A DNA stretch of 64,000 nt, from positions 9,122-73,121 of the forward strand of contig JBBDYF010000260.1 in assembly GCA_040901775.1 (NCBI GenBank). The letters run 5' to 3'. This stretch comes from Pirellulaceae bacterium (GTDB taxonomy: Bacteria; Planctomycetota; Planctomycetia; Pirellulales; Pirellulaceae). Shown here piece after piece: positions 16,049 to 25,539 of this stretch. Both the position numbers and the translations under genes were made by a program. Every line of letters begins with the position of its first letter. Position 1 is the first letter of the stretch. The notes below the pieces were generated by a model. That model was not told where the DNA came from and did no database searches. It was given only the letters and a program-made list of their open reading frames with translations.

Positions 16049-18043
16049 ATGTCTCGCCTCGCCCGCCAGTTCGTTCCGCTGTTGTTCCTGTTGGTTTCGC
16101 TGGCCGCCTGGGCGGATGAGCCCGCCGCCAAGCCGCCTGCGGTTGCCGCCCAGCCGCGGCATACGAACCGCCTGGTGAAAGAGACCAGTCCCTACCTGTT
16201 GCAGCACGCCCACAACCCGGTCGATTGGCATCCCTGGGGCGAGGAGGCGCTGGCCAAAGCGAAAAAAGAGGGGAAGCTGATCTTCCTCTCCATCGGCTAT
16301 TCCAGTTGCCACTGGTGCCACGTAATGGAGCGGGAAAGCTTTCACGACGACGAGATCGCCGCCTTTTTGAACAAGCACTTCGTCGCCATCAAGATCGACC
16401 GCGAAGAGCGGCCCGATATCGACGCCATCTATATGACCGCCCTGGGCGTCTATCACCAACTGGCGGGCGAACGCCGCGGCGGCGGGTGGCCGCTGTCGAT
16501 GTTTCTCACCCCCGAGGGAGAGCCGTTTGTCGGCGGCACCTACTTCCCGGCTCGCGACGGCGACCGCGAAGGGCTGCCCGGCTTTTTGACGCTGATCACC
16601 AAGATTCAGGAAGTCTGGTCCGCATCGCCCGACAAGATTCGCGAAGACGCCAAAACGGTAACCCGCTTCACCAAGGCCGAAATGGAACGCCGCGGCTTGC
16701 CGGCTCTGGTCGCCATCGACGAGGCGTTGGTCGCGCCGGTGCAAGAGGCGCTCGACGAGCAATACGATCCCAAGTACGGCGGCTTCGGCTACGGCCCCAA
16801 TCCGCAGCAACCAAAATTTCCCGAGCCGAGCAACCTGGTCTATTTGCTCGACCGGGCCCGGCGCGACAAGAACGAGCGGGCCAAGAACGAGCGGGCCAAG
16901 GAAATGCTCGTCGGCACGCTCAGCGGCATGTCGCTGGGCGGAATTCGCGACCACCTGGGGGGCGGCTTTCATCGCTACAGCGTCGATCGCTACTGGCAAA
17001 TCCCGCACTTCGAGAAAATGCTGTACGACAACGGCCAGCTTGCCAGCGTCTATGCCCAAGGCTACGAACTGACCGGACGAGAAGACTTCGCCCGCACGAG
17101 CCGCGAGCTGTGCGACTTTGTTCTCCGCGAACTGGCCGACCAAAGCGGCGGCTTCTACACGGCGATCGACGCCGACTCCGAAGGAGAAGAAGGGAAGTTT
17201 TATCGTTGGGAGAAAGCGGAAGTCGAAAAGGCGCTTTCGCCCGCGGAATGGGAAGTCTTCGCCGCCGTGTACGGACTGGAGCGCGATCCAAACTTTGACG
17301 AAAAGTACTATGTCCCCCAGCTTGCCGAAACCCTGGCCGACACGGCGCGCGAAAGGAAGCTGACCGAGGCGCAGCTCGAGGCGCAGCTCGTACCCATTCG
17401 CGAGAAGCTGCTCGCTGTGCGCAACAAGCGGCCCCGCCCCCGAATCGACACCAAAATCTTGGCCGCCGACAACGGCCTGATGATCGGCGGCCTGGCAGAC
17501 GCCGGCCGCATCCTGAAAGAGCCGCGATACGTGCAGGCGGCGGAAAAAGCGGCCGACTTTGTCCTCATCAGCCTGCGCACCAAAGAGGGCCGGCTGCGGC
17601 GGACATTCTCGGCCGGCGAGGCCCGCCTGAACGCTTACGTCAACGACTACGCCTTTCTGACCGACGGCCTGTTGCGGCTGCACGCGGCGACCGGCGACGA
17701 GCGGTGGCTCGACGCTGCCGACGAGCTGCTGCAAAAGCAGATCGAGCTGTTCGCCGACCAGGCCGGCGGCGGCTTTTTCTTCACGTCCAGCGACCACGAA
17801 GTGCTGCTCGCTCGCGGCAAGGAGATCGTCGATACGTCGGTGCCGGCGGGCAACTCGGTCTCGGCCGACAATCTGATTCGACTGGCGATCGCTCGCAACC
17901 AGCCCGATTATCTGCCGCGCGCTGCCAAGACAATCCTGGCGTCGGCGGCTGTGCTGCAAACCAATCCGGCATCGGCTCCGCGAATGGCGGCTGCCGTGCC
18001 CGCGCTGCTGGCGGCGCAAAAACAACTTGGGGCGAAACAATAA
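16049..18043 (+). CDS. Secreted thioredoxin-domain protein, YyaL/SSP411 family (DUF255 plus six-hairpin glycosidase-like domain)
   Basis: Signal peptide [22 protein letters not shown]; DUF255 motifs [43 protein letters not shown]; C-terminal alpha/alpha-toroid region; KNERA x2 repeat inside. Confidence 0.85.
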   Translation: MSRLARQFVPLLFLLVSLAAWADEPAAKPPAVAAQPRHTNRLVKETSPYLLQHAHNPVDWHPWGEEALAKAKKEGKLIFLSIGYSSCHWCHVMERESFHDDEIAAFLNKHFVAIKIDREERPDIDAIYMTALGVYHQLAGERRGGGWPLSMFLTPEGEPFVGGTYFPARDGDREGLPGFLTLITKIQEVWSASPDKIREDAKTVTRFTKAEMERRGLPALVAIDEALVAPVQEALDEQYDPKYGGFGYGPNPQQPKFPEPSNLVYLLDRARRDKNERAKNERAKEMLVGTLSGMSLGGIRDHLGGGFHRYSVDRYWQIPHFEKMLYDNGQLASVYAQGYELTGREDFARTSRELCDFVLRELADQSGGFYTAIDADSEGEEGKFYRWEKAEVEKALSPAEWEVFAAVYGLERDPNFDEKYYVPQLAETLADTARERKLTEAQLEAQLVPIREKLLAVRNKRPRPRIDTKILAADNGLMIGGLADAGRILKEPRYVQAAEKAADFVLISLRTKEGRLRRTFSAGEARLNAYVNDYAFLTDGLLRLHAATGDERWLDAADELLQKQIELFADQAGGGFFFTSSDHEVLLARGKEIVDTSVPAGNSVSADNLIRLAIARNQPDYLPRAAKTILASAAVLQTNPASAPRMAAAVPALLAAQKQLGAKQ

Positions 18044-18067
18044 GATCCGCAGCGCGCTACGAGTGCC

Positions 18068-19159
18068 ATGTCTGACTTTACGAACTTCCATCTCGAGGCA
18101 GAGCACGACGGCCTGGCGCTGGCCCAGGCTTTGAAAAAGCTGCTGGAGGATCGAAGCTGGTCGCAGGTCCGCAAGCTGATCGGTGGGCGGCAGGTGCAGG
18201 TCAACGGCAATCTTTGCCTCGACGAAGCGCGGCGGGTCAAAGGGGGCGATGTCGTTAAGCTCTGGAACCGGCCGCTCGCCAAGCCGGCGGACGAGAGCGA
18301 CGTGCGCCTCGTCCATCTCGATCAGCATTTGATCGTCGTGCAAAAACCGGCCGGAGTGACGACGCTGCGGCATCGCGAGGAGAGCGGCCTGCCCCAAAGC
18401 CGCAAGCAATTGCAGCCGACGCTGGACGAGTTGGTGGTGCGGGTGTTGGCAGCTCAATTGGGGATTGTGCCGACTGCGAGCCTGAGCCGCTCGGGAGGGC
18501 GAGGCTCGGGAGGGCGAGGCTCCCGCCGAGCCGGCAGGACCGCGACCACTGGTCGCGGCTTCGATCGGCGACTGCAAGTGCTTCCGGTCCATCGGCTCGA
18601 CCGCGATACCAGCGGTCTGATGGTTTTTGCCCGCACGTCGGCAGCCGAGCAAAAGCTGATCCAGATGTTCGCCAAGCATGCGGTCACGCGGGCGTACGTG
18701 GCGGTCGTCCACGGCCGCCTGGAAGCCCAGACGATCGACACCTGGCTAGTTCGCGACCGGGGCGACGGATTGCGAGGAAGCCTGCCGGCGGAATCCGCCG
18801 ATCAAACAGACCCGGCCGAAACACGCGCGCAGCGGGCGATTACGCATGTCCGTCCGATGGAGCACTTGCCCGATTACACGATTGCCGAATGCCGGCTGGA
18901 AACGGGCCGCACGCACCAGATTCGCATTCATCTGGCGGAGCGGGGGCACATGCTGTGCGGCGAGAAGATGTACACGCACCCGCTCGGCGGCAAGCCGGTG
19001 GAAGACGCCAGCCGGGCGCCGCGGCAGGCATTGCACGCGGCCGAGCTCGCCTTCGCGCACCCGATGGGGGGCGAGCCACTGCGTTTTGTCATGCCGCTGC
19101 CCAAGGATCTGCGCGAGTGGCTGCTCAAGCTGCGGCAACACGAGAACAAACAAGCCTGA
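18068..19159 (+). CDS. RluA-family 23S rRNA pseudouridine synthase (RluD-like, N-terminal S4 domain) with a Gly/Arg-rich insertion
   Basis: S4-like N-terminus; catalytic HRLDRDTSGLMVFA; GRTHQIRIHLA motif; 15-bp tandem duplication cgggagggcgaggct x2 giving SGGRGSGGRGS. Confidence 0.85.
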   Translation: MSDFTNFHLEAEHDGLALAQALKKLLEDRSWSQVRKLIGGRQVQVNGNLCLDEARRVKGGDVVKLWNRPLAKPADESDVRLVHLDQHLIVVQKPAGVTTLRHREESGLPQSRKQLQPTLDELVVRVLAAQLGIVPTASLSRSGGRGSGGRGSRRAGRTATTGRGFDRRLQVLPVHRLDRDTSGLMVFARTSAAEQKLIQMFAKHAVTRAYVAVVHGRLEAQTIDTWLVRDRGDGLRGSLPAESADQTDPAETRAQRAITHVRPMEHLPDYTIAECRLETGRTHQIRIHLAERGHMLCGEKMYTHPLGGKPVEDASRAPRQALHAAELAFAHPMGGEPLRFVMPLPKDLREWLLKLRQHENKQA

Positions 19160-19213
19160 CGCGCCAGCGAAGCGATGCGGGTTGCTTCGCTTGCGCTTCA
19201 GGCTGGTGTACAC

Positions 19214-20560
19214 CTACAGCGCTCGCTTGTACCGCTTGGGCGGCCGGCGCATCATGCTGGTCGGCGGCGGCGGCGGGGCATTCGGATCGGCCTCGGCTGG
19301 GTCGGTTGGGTCGGTTGGTTCCCCGTTGGGTGAAATCGTTCTGGGCCGCTGGCGGGCCAGGTCGGCCGCGACGTTTTCCCGCGCGCGCGGATCGAAGTCC
19401 TTGATTTCGTCCCGTTTCAACTGGCGGTTGATCCGCTCTTCGATCCGCGTCAGCTCGTAGCCTTCGTCCGGGGCGACGAACGTGTAGGCCACGCCCTCGC
19501 GCCCCATGCGGCCGGTGCGGCCCACGCGGTGAACGTAGTCGTCGCAGAACGCCGGAATGTCGTAGTTGACGATGTGCGAGATGCTCGTCACGTCGATCCC
19601 CCGACCGATCACGTCGGTCGCCACCAGAAACCGAATCTTGCCCGTGCGAAAAGTGGCCATCACCCGGTCGCGAGCGCTCTGGTTCATATCGCCGTGAATC
19701 GCCGCCACCAGCCGCTGGTCCTTCACCTTCTTCGACAGCCTTTGGAAGATTTTTTCGGTCCCCCGCTTGGTCCGGCAAAAAATGACCGCCTGGCTCGGCT
19801 TCTCGCGCGAGAGCAGCCGCAACAGCAGCTCGAACTTGCGCTGCGGATCGACGGTAAAGTAGAACTGCTCGATCGTCTCGACCGATAGATCGTTGGACGA
19901 GAAGTTCATCGTCTCGGGATTCCGCATGTACCGCTCGGCCAGCTTGGCGATGGCCAGCGGGACCGTCGCCGACATCAACAGCGTCTGGCGTTCGTCGGGG
20001 CAGCGCTTGAGAATCCGTTCGATATCGGGTCGAAAGCCGATGTCGAGCATCCGGTCGGCTTCGTCGAGGACGACGAACCGGAGCTTGGTGAAATCGACCG
20101 TGCCGCGGGCCAGATGGTCGAGCACGCGGCCCGGCGTGCCGACGATGATCTGGGCCCCTTTCTTGATTTTCTCGATCTGCTCGCGGATCGGCTTGCCGCC
20201 ATAGACGGCGACGCAGTGCACCTTGCGGCCGATCGACAGCTTGATGGCCACATCTCGCACCTGGACGGCCAACTCGCGCGTCGGCACCATGATCAGGGCC
20301 TGCGGATGATGGATGTCGTGCTTGAGATGCAGTTGCTCGAGAATCGGAATGACGAACGCGGCCGTCTTGCCGGTGCCGGTGCGGGCCTGGCCAACGACGT
20401 CGACCCCGGCCAGCGCGCGGGGAATGACGCCCGCTTGCACGGGTGTGGGAGTCTCGTAGCCGGACTCCTTCAGGGCGTCGAGCATGACCTCGGAAAGACC
20501 GAGGCTGTCAAACGTGGCGGGGGGGGACTTCTCGCGATCCGTCAAGTGAGTAGGTTCCAA
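19214..20560 (-). CDS. DEAD-box ATP-dependent RNA helicase
   Basis: Q-motif TPTPVQ, Walker A AQTGTGKT, DEAD (VLDEAD), SAT, HRVGRTGRMGREG; basic/Pro-rich C-tail. Confidence 0.9.
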   Translation of the reverse strand: MEPTHLTDREKSPPATFDSLGLSEVMLDALKESGYETPTPVQAGVIPRALAGVDVVGQARTGTGKTAAFVIPILEQLHLKHDIHHPQALIMVPTRELAVQVRDVAIKLSIGRKVHCVAVYGGKPIREQIEKIKKGAQIIVGTPGRVLDHLARGTVDFTKLRFVVLDEADRMLDIGFRPDIERILKRCPDERQTLLMSATVPLAIAKLAERYMRNPETMNFSSNDLSVETIEQFYFTVDPQRKFELLLRLLSREKPSQAVIFCRTKRGTEKIFQRLSKKVKDQRLVAAIHGDMNQSARDRVMATFRTGKIRFLVATDVIGRGIDVTSISHIVNYDIPAFCDDYVHRVGRTGRMGREGVAYTFVAPDEGYELTRIEERINRQLKRDEIKDFDPRARENVAADLARQRPRTISPNGEPTDPTDPAEADPNAPPPPPTSMMRRPPKRYKRAL

Positions 20561-20735
20561 AGCGGGAAAACGGTGGAGTTAGCTATTCATAGTTCTACCA
20601 AACTTACTCCTCGCGTAGGAGGGCGTCAACTTGTTCAATCCCTCACCCAGGCCGAATCCCGCCAAGTTGAAACCCGCGGCTCGGTGCGCCATGATGGGCA
20701 ACTCCCCTTAACCCGCGCGCCTTTCGAGACAGACG

Positions 20736-23700
20736 ATGCCGAGATTGACGATCCGCCGGCTCCGCTTCCCGCTGCGATTCGCCCTGATTGCCTGCGGTTT
20801 TTGCCTGCCGAGCAACGCGCCGGCCGCCGAGCCCAAGGACTCGCTCGAGCGCGATTACGCCGTCGAATTGCCCCGCCTGGCACCCCAAGAGCCGGGCGAG
20901 GCTCTGAAAACATTCCACGTCGCTCCCGGCTTCAAAATCGAGCAAGTGGCCGCCGAACCGCTGCTGACCGACCCGGTGGCGATCGCCTTCGACGCCAATG
21001 CCCGGATGTACGTCGTCGAAATGCGGGGCTATTCCGAGAACCGGGACGAACGGCTCAGCCAAATTCGCCTGCTCGAAGATGCCGACGGCGACGGCCGGTT
21101 CGACAAGAGCACGATTTTTGCCGACAAGCTCCTCTGGCCGACCGCCATCTTTTGTTGGGCCGGCGGCGTGCTGGTCGCCGATGCCCCCGACCTGTTCTTC
21201 CTCAAAGATACCGACGGCGACGGTCGAGCCGACGAGCGCCGGCTGCTGTACACCGGCTTCGGCACGAGCAACGTGCAGGGACTCGTCAATTCGTTCCAGT
21301 GGGGGCTGGATAACCGGATCTATGTCGCCGTTTCGAGCAGCGGTGCCGAGCTGCAAAGTGGTCCGGCGGTCCCCGCCGGGCAAGCAGCGAAAGGGACTCA
21401 AACCAAGACTCAAGACTTGGCGACGACTCCAGTCCGACCGGGACGGTCGGACCACCTTTCTCTCCGCGGGCGCGACCTGGCGATCGATCCCCGCACCTGG
21501 GCCGTCCAGCCGGTTAGCGGCGGCGCTCAGCATGGCCTGTCGATGAACGACTGGGGAGATCGCTTCTCTTCGTCGAACAGCGACCACTTGCAGCAGGTGA
21601 TGTACGAAGATCGCTACCTGGCCCGCAATCCGTACCTGGCGGCGCCGTCGCCCCGCCGCAGCATTGCCGCCGATGGCCCGCAGGCCGACGTGTTCCGCAC
21701 CAGCCCGGTCGAGCCGTGGCGAATCGTCCGCACGCGCCTCAGGGCGCAGAAGATTGTGCCGGGCATTGTCGAAGGGGGTGGCCAGCCGGCGGGCTACTTT
21801 ACCGGAGCGACCGGGGCGACCATCTATCGCGGCGATGCCTGGCCGCGCGCTCTTGGCGGCACGGCCATTGTGGGCGACGTCGGCAGCAACCTGGTGCATC
21901 GCAAGCGGCTGGAAACGTCGGGCGTCGGCTTTATCGGCCATCGGATCGACCGGCAGAGCGAGCTCGTTTCGTCGAGCGACACCTGGTTCCGGCCGGTGCA
22001 ATTTGCCAACGCCCCGGACGGCACGCTGTACATCCTCGACATGTACCGCGAGGTGATCGAGCACCCCGCCAGCCTGCCGCCGATCATCAAACAGCACCTC
22101 GACCTGACCAGCGGCCGCGATCGCGGGCGGATTTATCGGCTGGTGCCCGACGGCTTCCAGCAGCCGCCGCTGCCCAAGCTGGCCGAGGCAACCGCGCCGG
22201 TGCTCGTCGCCCTCCTGCAGCATCCCAATGGATGGCACCGCGACGCCGCGGCTCGCCTGCTGTACGAGCGGCAGGACAAGGCCGCCGTTGTGCTCTTGGA
22301 AAAACTGGCGAACGAGTCAGCCTTTCCGCTCGCCCGGATGCACGCCTTGTGGGCGCTCGAAGGGCTGGGGGCCTTGTCGGAAGAAGTGCTGCTTCCGCGC
22401 CTGGCCGACGAGCATTCGCGCGTCCGCGAACATGCCGTTCGGCTGGCCGAGTCGCGAGCGGCCACGGCCATTCGGTCCAGGCTGCTGCGGATGACGGACG
22501 ATCCCGAGCTGCGCGTGCGGTATCAATTGGCCTTTTCGCTCGGCGAATTGCCCGCCAGCGCGCAGCGCAATCTGGCGCTGGCCGCGCTCGGCAAACGGGA
22601 CGGCGCCGATGGTTACGTGCGAATTGCCATGCTCAGTTCGCTCGGCCGCGGCGCGGGAGAAGTCCTGACCGCGCTGGCGGCCGATGCGAAATACCGCGAT
22701 ACCAAGCCGGGGCAAGAGTTGCTCGGCAGCCTGGCGACCCAGATTGGCAAACAAGCCCGCGCCGACGACGTGGCGGAGCTGCTCAAAACACTGGCCCGGC
22801 TGACCGCGGAGAACTCGCCCGCCATGCCGGCGATCGTGCAGCGGCTGGCACTTCGGGATGGGACGCCGCTGGCCAGGCAGGTCGCCGCGGCCACCGGCGG
22901 CAAGGCGGAATCGCTGATGAAGCAACTGCTGGCCGAGGCGGCCGAAACCGCCGCTAGCGGAGACCGGCCGCTGAAAGCTCGCGTAGCCGCCGTCCAGCAA
23001 TTGCGGCTTTCCAAGTTTGCCGACCAGCAGGAATTGCTCGCGGAACTATTGGCCCCAGCCGTGCCGACCGACCTGCAAGGGGCCGCGCTGGCTACGCTCG
23101 GCTCGTTTGACGACGCCGCGGTCGCCGATGTGCTGCTGGCGCGGTTTGCCGGTTTCAGCCCGCGGCTCAAGGGGCAAGCGACCGACGTGCTGCTATCTCG
23201 CACGCCTTGGACCCTATCGCTGTTGGCCGCGATCGAGTCGGGCAGCGTCTCCGCGGGAGACGTTGATCCCGTGCGGCTGAAGCTGCTGGCCGACCACCAG
23301 GACGAATCGGTTCGCATGCGGGCGGCCAAGCTGCTGGCGGGCAATCAACTTGGCCGGCGCGGCGATGTGGTCGAGGCCTACCGGGGCGTGCTCGAAATGC
23401 CGGGAGATCTGGCCCGCGGCAAGCAAGTGTTTGCGAAGGTTTGTGCCGCCTGCCACAAGGTGCAGGGAGTCGGCCACGAGATCGGCCCCAACCTGGCCGC
23501 GATGAAGGCCCGCGGACCCGAAGCCGTTTTGGTCAACGTGCTCGACCCCAATCGGGAGGTGAACCCGCAGTTTTTGAACTACGGCGTGCTGCTGACCGAC
23601 GGCCGCAACATGAGCGGCATGATTACGGCTGAAACGGCGACGAGCGTGACGCTCAAGCGGGCCGAAAACCTGAGCGACACGGTGCTCCGAATCGACATCG

Positions 23701-23807
23701 ACCGGCTCAAGAGCACCGGCCAATCGCTAATGCCCGAAGGGATGGAACGGGAGATCGACCCGCAGGCAATGGCCGATTTGCTGGAGTATCTGAAGACGGC
23801 GGAGTAG
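20736..23807 (+). CDS. PVC-type membrane-bound dehydrogenase-domain protein with HEAT repeats and C-terminal CxxCH heme-binding domain
   Basis: Signal peptide; N-terminal beta-propeller/dehydrogenase-like region (KTFHVAPGFKIEQVAAEPLLTDPVAIAFDANARMYVVEM); HEAT-like repeats; CAACHKVQGVGHEIGPNLA heme c motif. Confidence 0.85.
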   Translation: MPRLTIRRLRFPLRFALIACGFCLPSNAPAAEPKDSLERDYAVELPRLAPQEPGEALKTFHVAPGFKIEQVAAEPLLTDPVAIAFDANARMYVVEMRGYSENRDERLSQIRLLEDADGDGRFDKSTIFADKLLWPTAIFCWAGGVLVADAPDLFFLKDTDGDGRADERRLLYTGFGTSNVQGLVNSFQWGLDNRIYVAVSSSGAELQSGPAVPAGQAAKGTQTKTQDLATTPVRPGRSDHLSLRGRDLAIDPRTWAVQPVSGGAQHGLSMNDWGDRFSSSNSDHLQQVMYEDRYLARNPYLAAPSPRRSIAADGPQADVFRTSPVEPWRIVRTRLRAQKIVPGIVEGGGQPAGYFTGATGATIYRGDAWPRALGGTAIVGDVGSNLVHRKRLETSGVGFIGHRIDRQSELVSSSDTWFRPVQFANAPDGTLYILDMYREVIEHPASLPPIIKQHLDLTSGRDRGRIYRLVPDGFQQPPLPKLAEATAPVLVALLQHPNGWHRDAAARLLYERQDKAAVVLLEKLANESAFPLARMHALWALEGLGALSEEVLLPRLADEHSRVREHAVRLAESRAATAIRSRLLRMTDDPELRVRYQLAFSLGELPASAQRNLALAALGKRDGADGYVRIAMLSSLGRGAGEVLTALAADAKYRDTKPGQELLGSLATQIGKQARADDVAELLKTLARLTAENSPAMPAIVQRLALRDGTPLARQVAAATGGKAESLMKQLLAEAAETAASGDRPLKARVAAVQQLRLSKFADQQELLAELLAPAVPTDLQGAALATLGSFDDAAVADVLLARFAGFSPRLKGQATDVLLSRTPWTLSLLAAIESGSVSAGDVDPVRLKLLADHQDESVRMRAAKLLAGNQLGRRGDVVEAYRGVLEMPGDLARGKQVFAKVCAACHKVQGVGHEIGPNLAAMKARGPEAVLVNVLDPNREVNPQFLNYGVLLTDGRNMSGMITAETATSVTLKRAENLSDTVLRIDIDRLKSTGQSLMPEGMEREIDPQAMADLLEYLKTAE

Positions 23808-23833
23808 TTGAATTGTAGAAGGGCTTAATCGCC

Positions 23834-25489
23834 CTACCGCATCGCCCCGAAGAAGAAGCTGAACATCTGCTCGTCGTCGCCCAGGGCCGAGGCCACGGGG
23901 AAGGCAAAGTCGAAGGCCAGCGGCGCGGGGCCCAGGGCCGGAACGTTCACCCGAAAGCCAAAACCCGGCGCGGTGCGGAAGTTTTCCGGGTGCAGGGCGA
24001 TTTTCTCTTCGACCGTGCCGAAATCGCAGAACACCACTCCCTTGATCATGTCGTCGGCCGTCAGCGGGAAAAAGTATTCCACCGAATTGAGCCAGCGGAA
24101 TTCGCCGCCGACGCGCACCGTGCCGTCGATCGGCGACGCACCGCGAAACGCATACCCGCGGAGCGTCGAGTAGCCCCCCGCAAAGTAGTTCTCGAACAGG
24201 GGCGTATCGGCGCCGGAGAAACCAACCTTCGACGTGAAGGCGAGCGTGTGTCGCCCCGAGCCGTCGGGCCGCTCGCGCATCAAGAAATACTGGCTGTAAT
24301 CGACCTCGGCTCGCGGATAATCGAACGAGCCGAAAGACTGTTCGAACGAGAGCTCAATCAAGTGCCCTTCGGTCGGCATGAAGGGGAGATCGCGCGTGTC
24401 GTGCGTGATGGCGACCCGTCCCGAGTAGATGTCGCTGCGGCCCACGACTCTGTCGAGCTCCTCAACGCCGTTGACCCGCGGATTGAAAATGTTCACGTTC
24501 TGGGCCGAGCCGGCGGCGCTGACCGACAGGTCGGGCGTCAGCCGATAGCCCAATTGCAACCGTCCGCCGTACCGCGATTCATTCCAGTCGAAGTAGCGGC
24601 GATCGAAGTAAAAGGCGCTCGCCCCAAAGCTGACGTTGGTGTCGAGAAAGTACGGATTGGTAAAGCTGACCAGGTAGCGCTGCACCTGGCTGCCGGGCTG
24701 GGCCTCGATCCGCAGTCCTTGCCCCGCGCCGCGAAAGGCGCCGCCGCTGACAAAATCGTCCCAACTGGTCGGCAGCCGCGTGGCGTCGAAATTCCGTTCG
24801 TCGATCGTGATCTGGCCCGTCACGCCGGCGTCGGAGTTGACCGCCACGCCGAACATGAAACGGCCCGTGCGGGTCTCTTCCACGAAAATGTCGAGCGGCG
24901 TCGGGGTTCCCTGCATCTCTTCGGGCGTGGGAGCGAGGTTCGACCGCGGCTGCCACCAGGGCATCGTGGGCGAAAAGGGGATCACCGGCGCGCTGCCCGG
25001 CGGCATCGCGCCGGGCGGCGGCGGAAGCGGCGGACCCGCTTGAAAGCCCTGCCCTTGGAATTCTTGGCCGGCTGGTGGTTGGAAGGCGTAGTTCGGCTGG
25101 GTCGCTGGCGGCTGGTAGGTGGTCGTCGCCGCGGGAGCCCCGCCCGAGACCGGCATCGGCCCGCGCGAGTATTGCTGGTCCGAGCCGGGAGTCGCTTCAC
25201 CGGGATACCCGTAGCCGGGCGCTTGATAACCGGGCGATTGATAGCCGGGAGTTTGGCCGCGGATGATCGTGGGCGGCCCCGACGCGGCCGGTGCGCCCGC
25301 CGCTTGGCCCGTGGGAACTTGAATGCTGGGGGCCTCGACCGGCTGCGGGCCGCAGTTGCCGGTGGGACATCCCGCGCCCCACGGACCATTGCCGGGCATC
25401 GCGCAGCCGGCCAACGCAGCGCATCCGGCCAGCGCAGCGCTCCACAGCGCAAGGCAGGCGGCGGTCTTCAGACAGTGTCGGCGGGTCAA
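23834..25489 (-). CDS. Omp85/BamA-type outer-membrane beta-barrel protein with its own lipoprotein-type signal peptide and a Pro/Gly/Tyr-rich linker (C-terminal half of a split BamA); proposed TTG start
   Basis: TTG at 25489 seven nt after AGGAA; (M)TRRHCLKTAACLALWSAALAGCAALAGCA signal with LAGC lipobox; barrel aligns to E. coli BamA (VSFTNPYF..., FENYFAGGYSTLRGYAFRGASP versus [22 protein letters not shown]); ends ...FSFFFGAMR. Confidence 0.7.
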   Translation of the reverse strand: MTRRHCLKTAACLALWSAALAGCAALAGCAMPGNGPWGAGCPTGNCGPQPVEAPSIQVPTGQAAGAPAASGPPTIIRGQTPGYQSPGYQAPGYGYPGEATPGSDQQYSRGPMPVSGGAPAATTTYQPPATQPNYAFQPPAGQEFQGQGFQAGPPLPPPPGAMPPGSAPVIPFSPTMPWWQPRSNLAPTPEEMQGTPTPLDIFVEETRTGRFMFGVAVNSDAGVTGQITIDERNFDATRLPTSWDDFVSGGAFRGAGQGLRIEAQPGSQVQRYLVSFTNPYFLDTNVSFGASAFYFDRRYFDWNESRYGGRLQLGYRLTPDLSVSAAGSAQNVNIFNPRVNGVEELDRVVGRSDIYSGRVAITHDTRDLPFMPTEGHLIELSFEQSFGSFDYPRAEVDYSQYFLMRERPDGSGRHTLAFTSKVGFSGADTPLFENYFAGGYSTLRGYAFRGASPIDGTVRVGGEFRWLNSVEYFFPLTADDMIKGVVFCDFGTVEEKIALHPENFRTAPGFGFRVNVPALGPAPLAFDFAFPVASALGDDEQMFSFFFGAMR

Positions 25490-25539
25490 GGCGGGGTTCC
25501 TGGTGTCGGTTCGTGCGGGGAACTGGCAAACGGTCGCAT

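Noticed and set aside
15875-18712. 945-aa ORF on the minus strand
   Set aside because: Fully antisense to the well-supported yyaL-like and rluA genes; composition is Arg/Ala/Gly-rich GC-artefact with no motifs.
20643-22238. 531-aa minus-strand ORF and the 20114..21313 plus ORF
   Set aside because: Antisense to, or out of frame with, the PVC dehydrogenase gene and the DEAD-box helicase, both of which have strong motifs.
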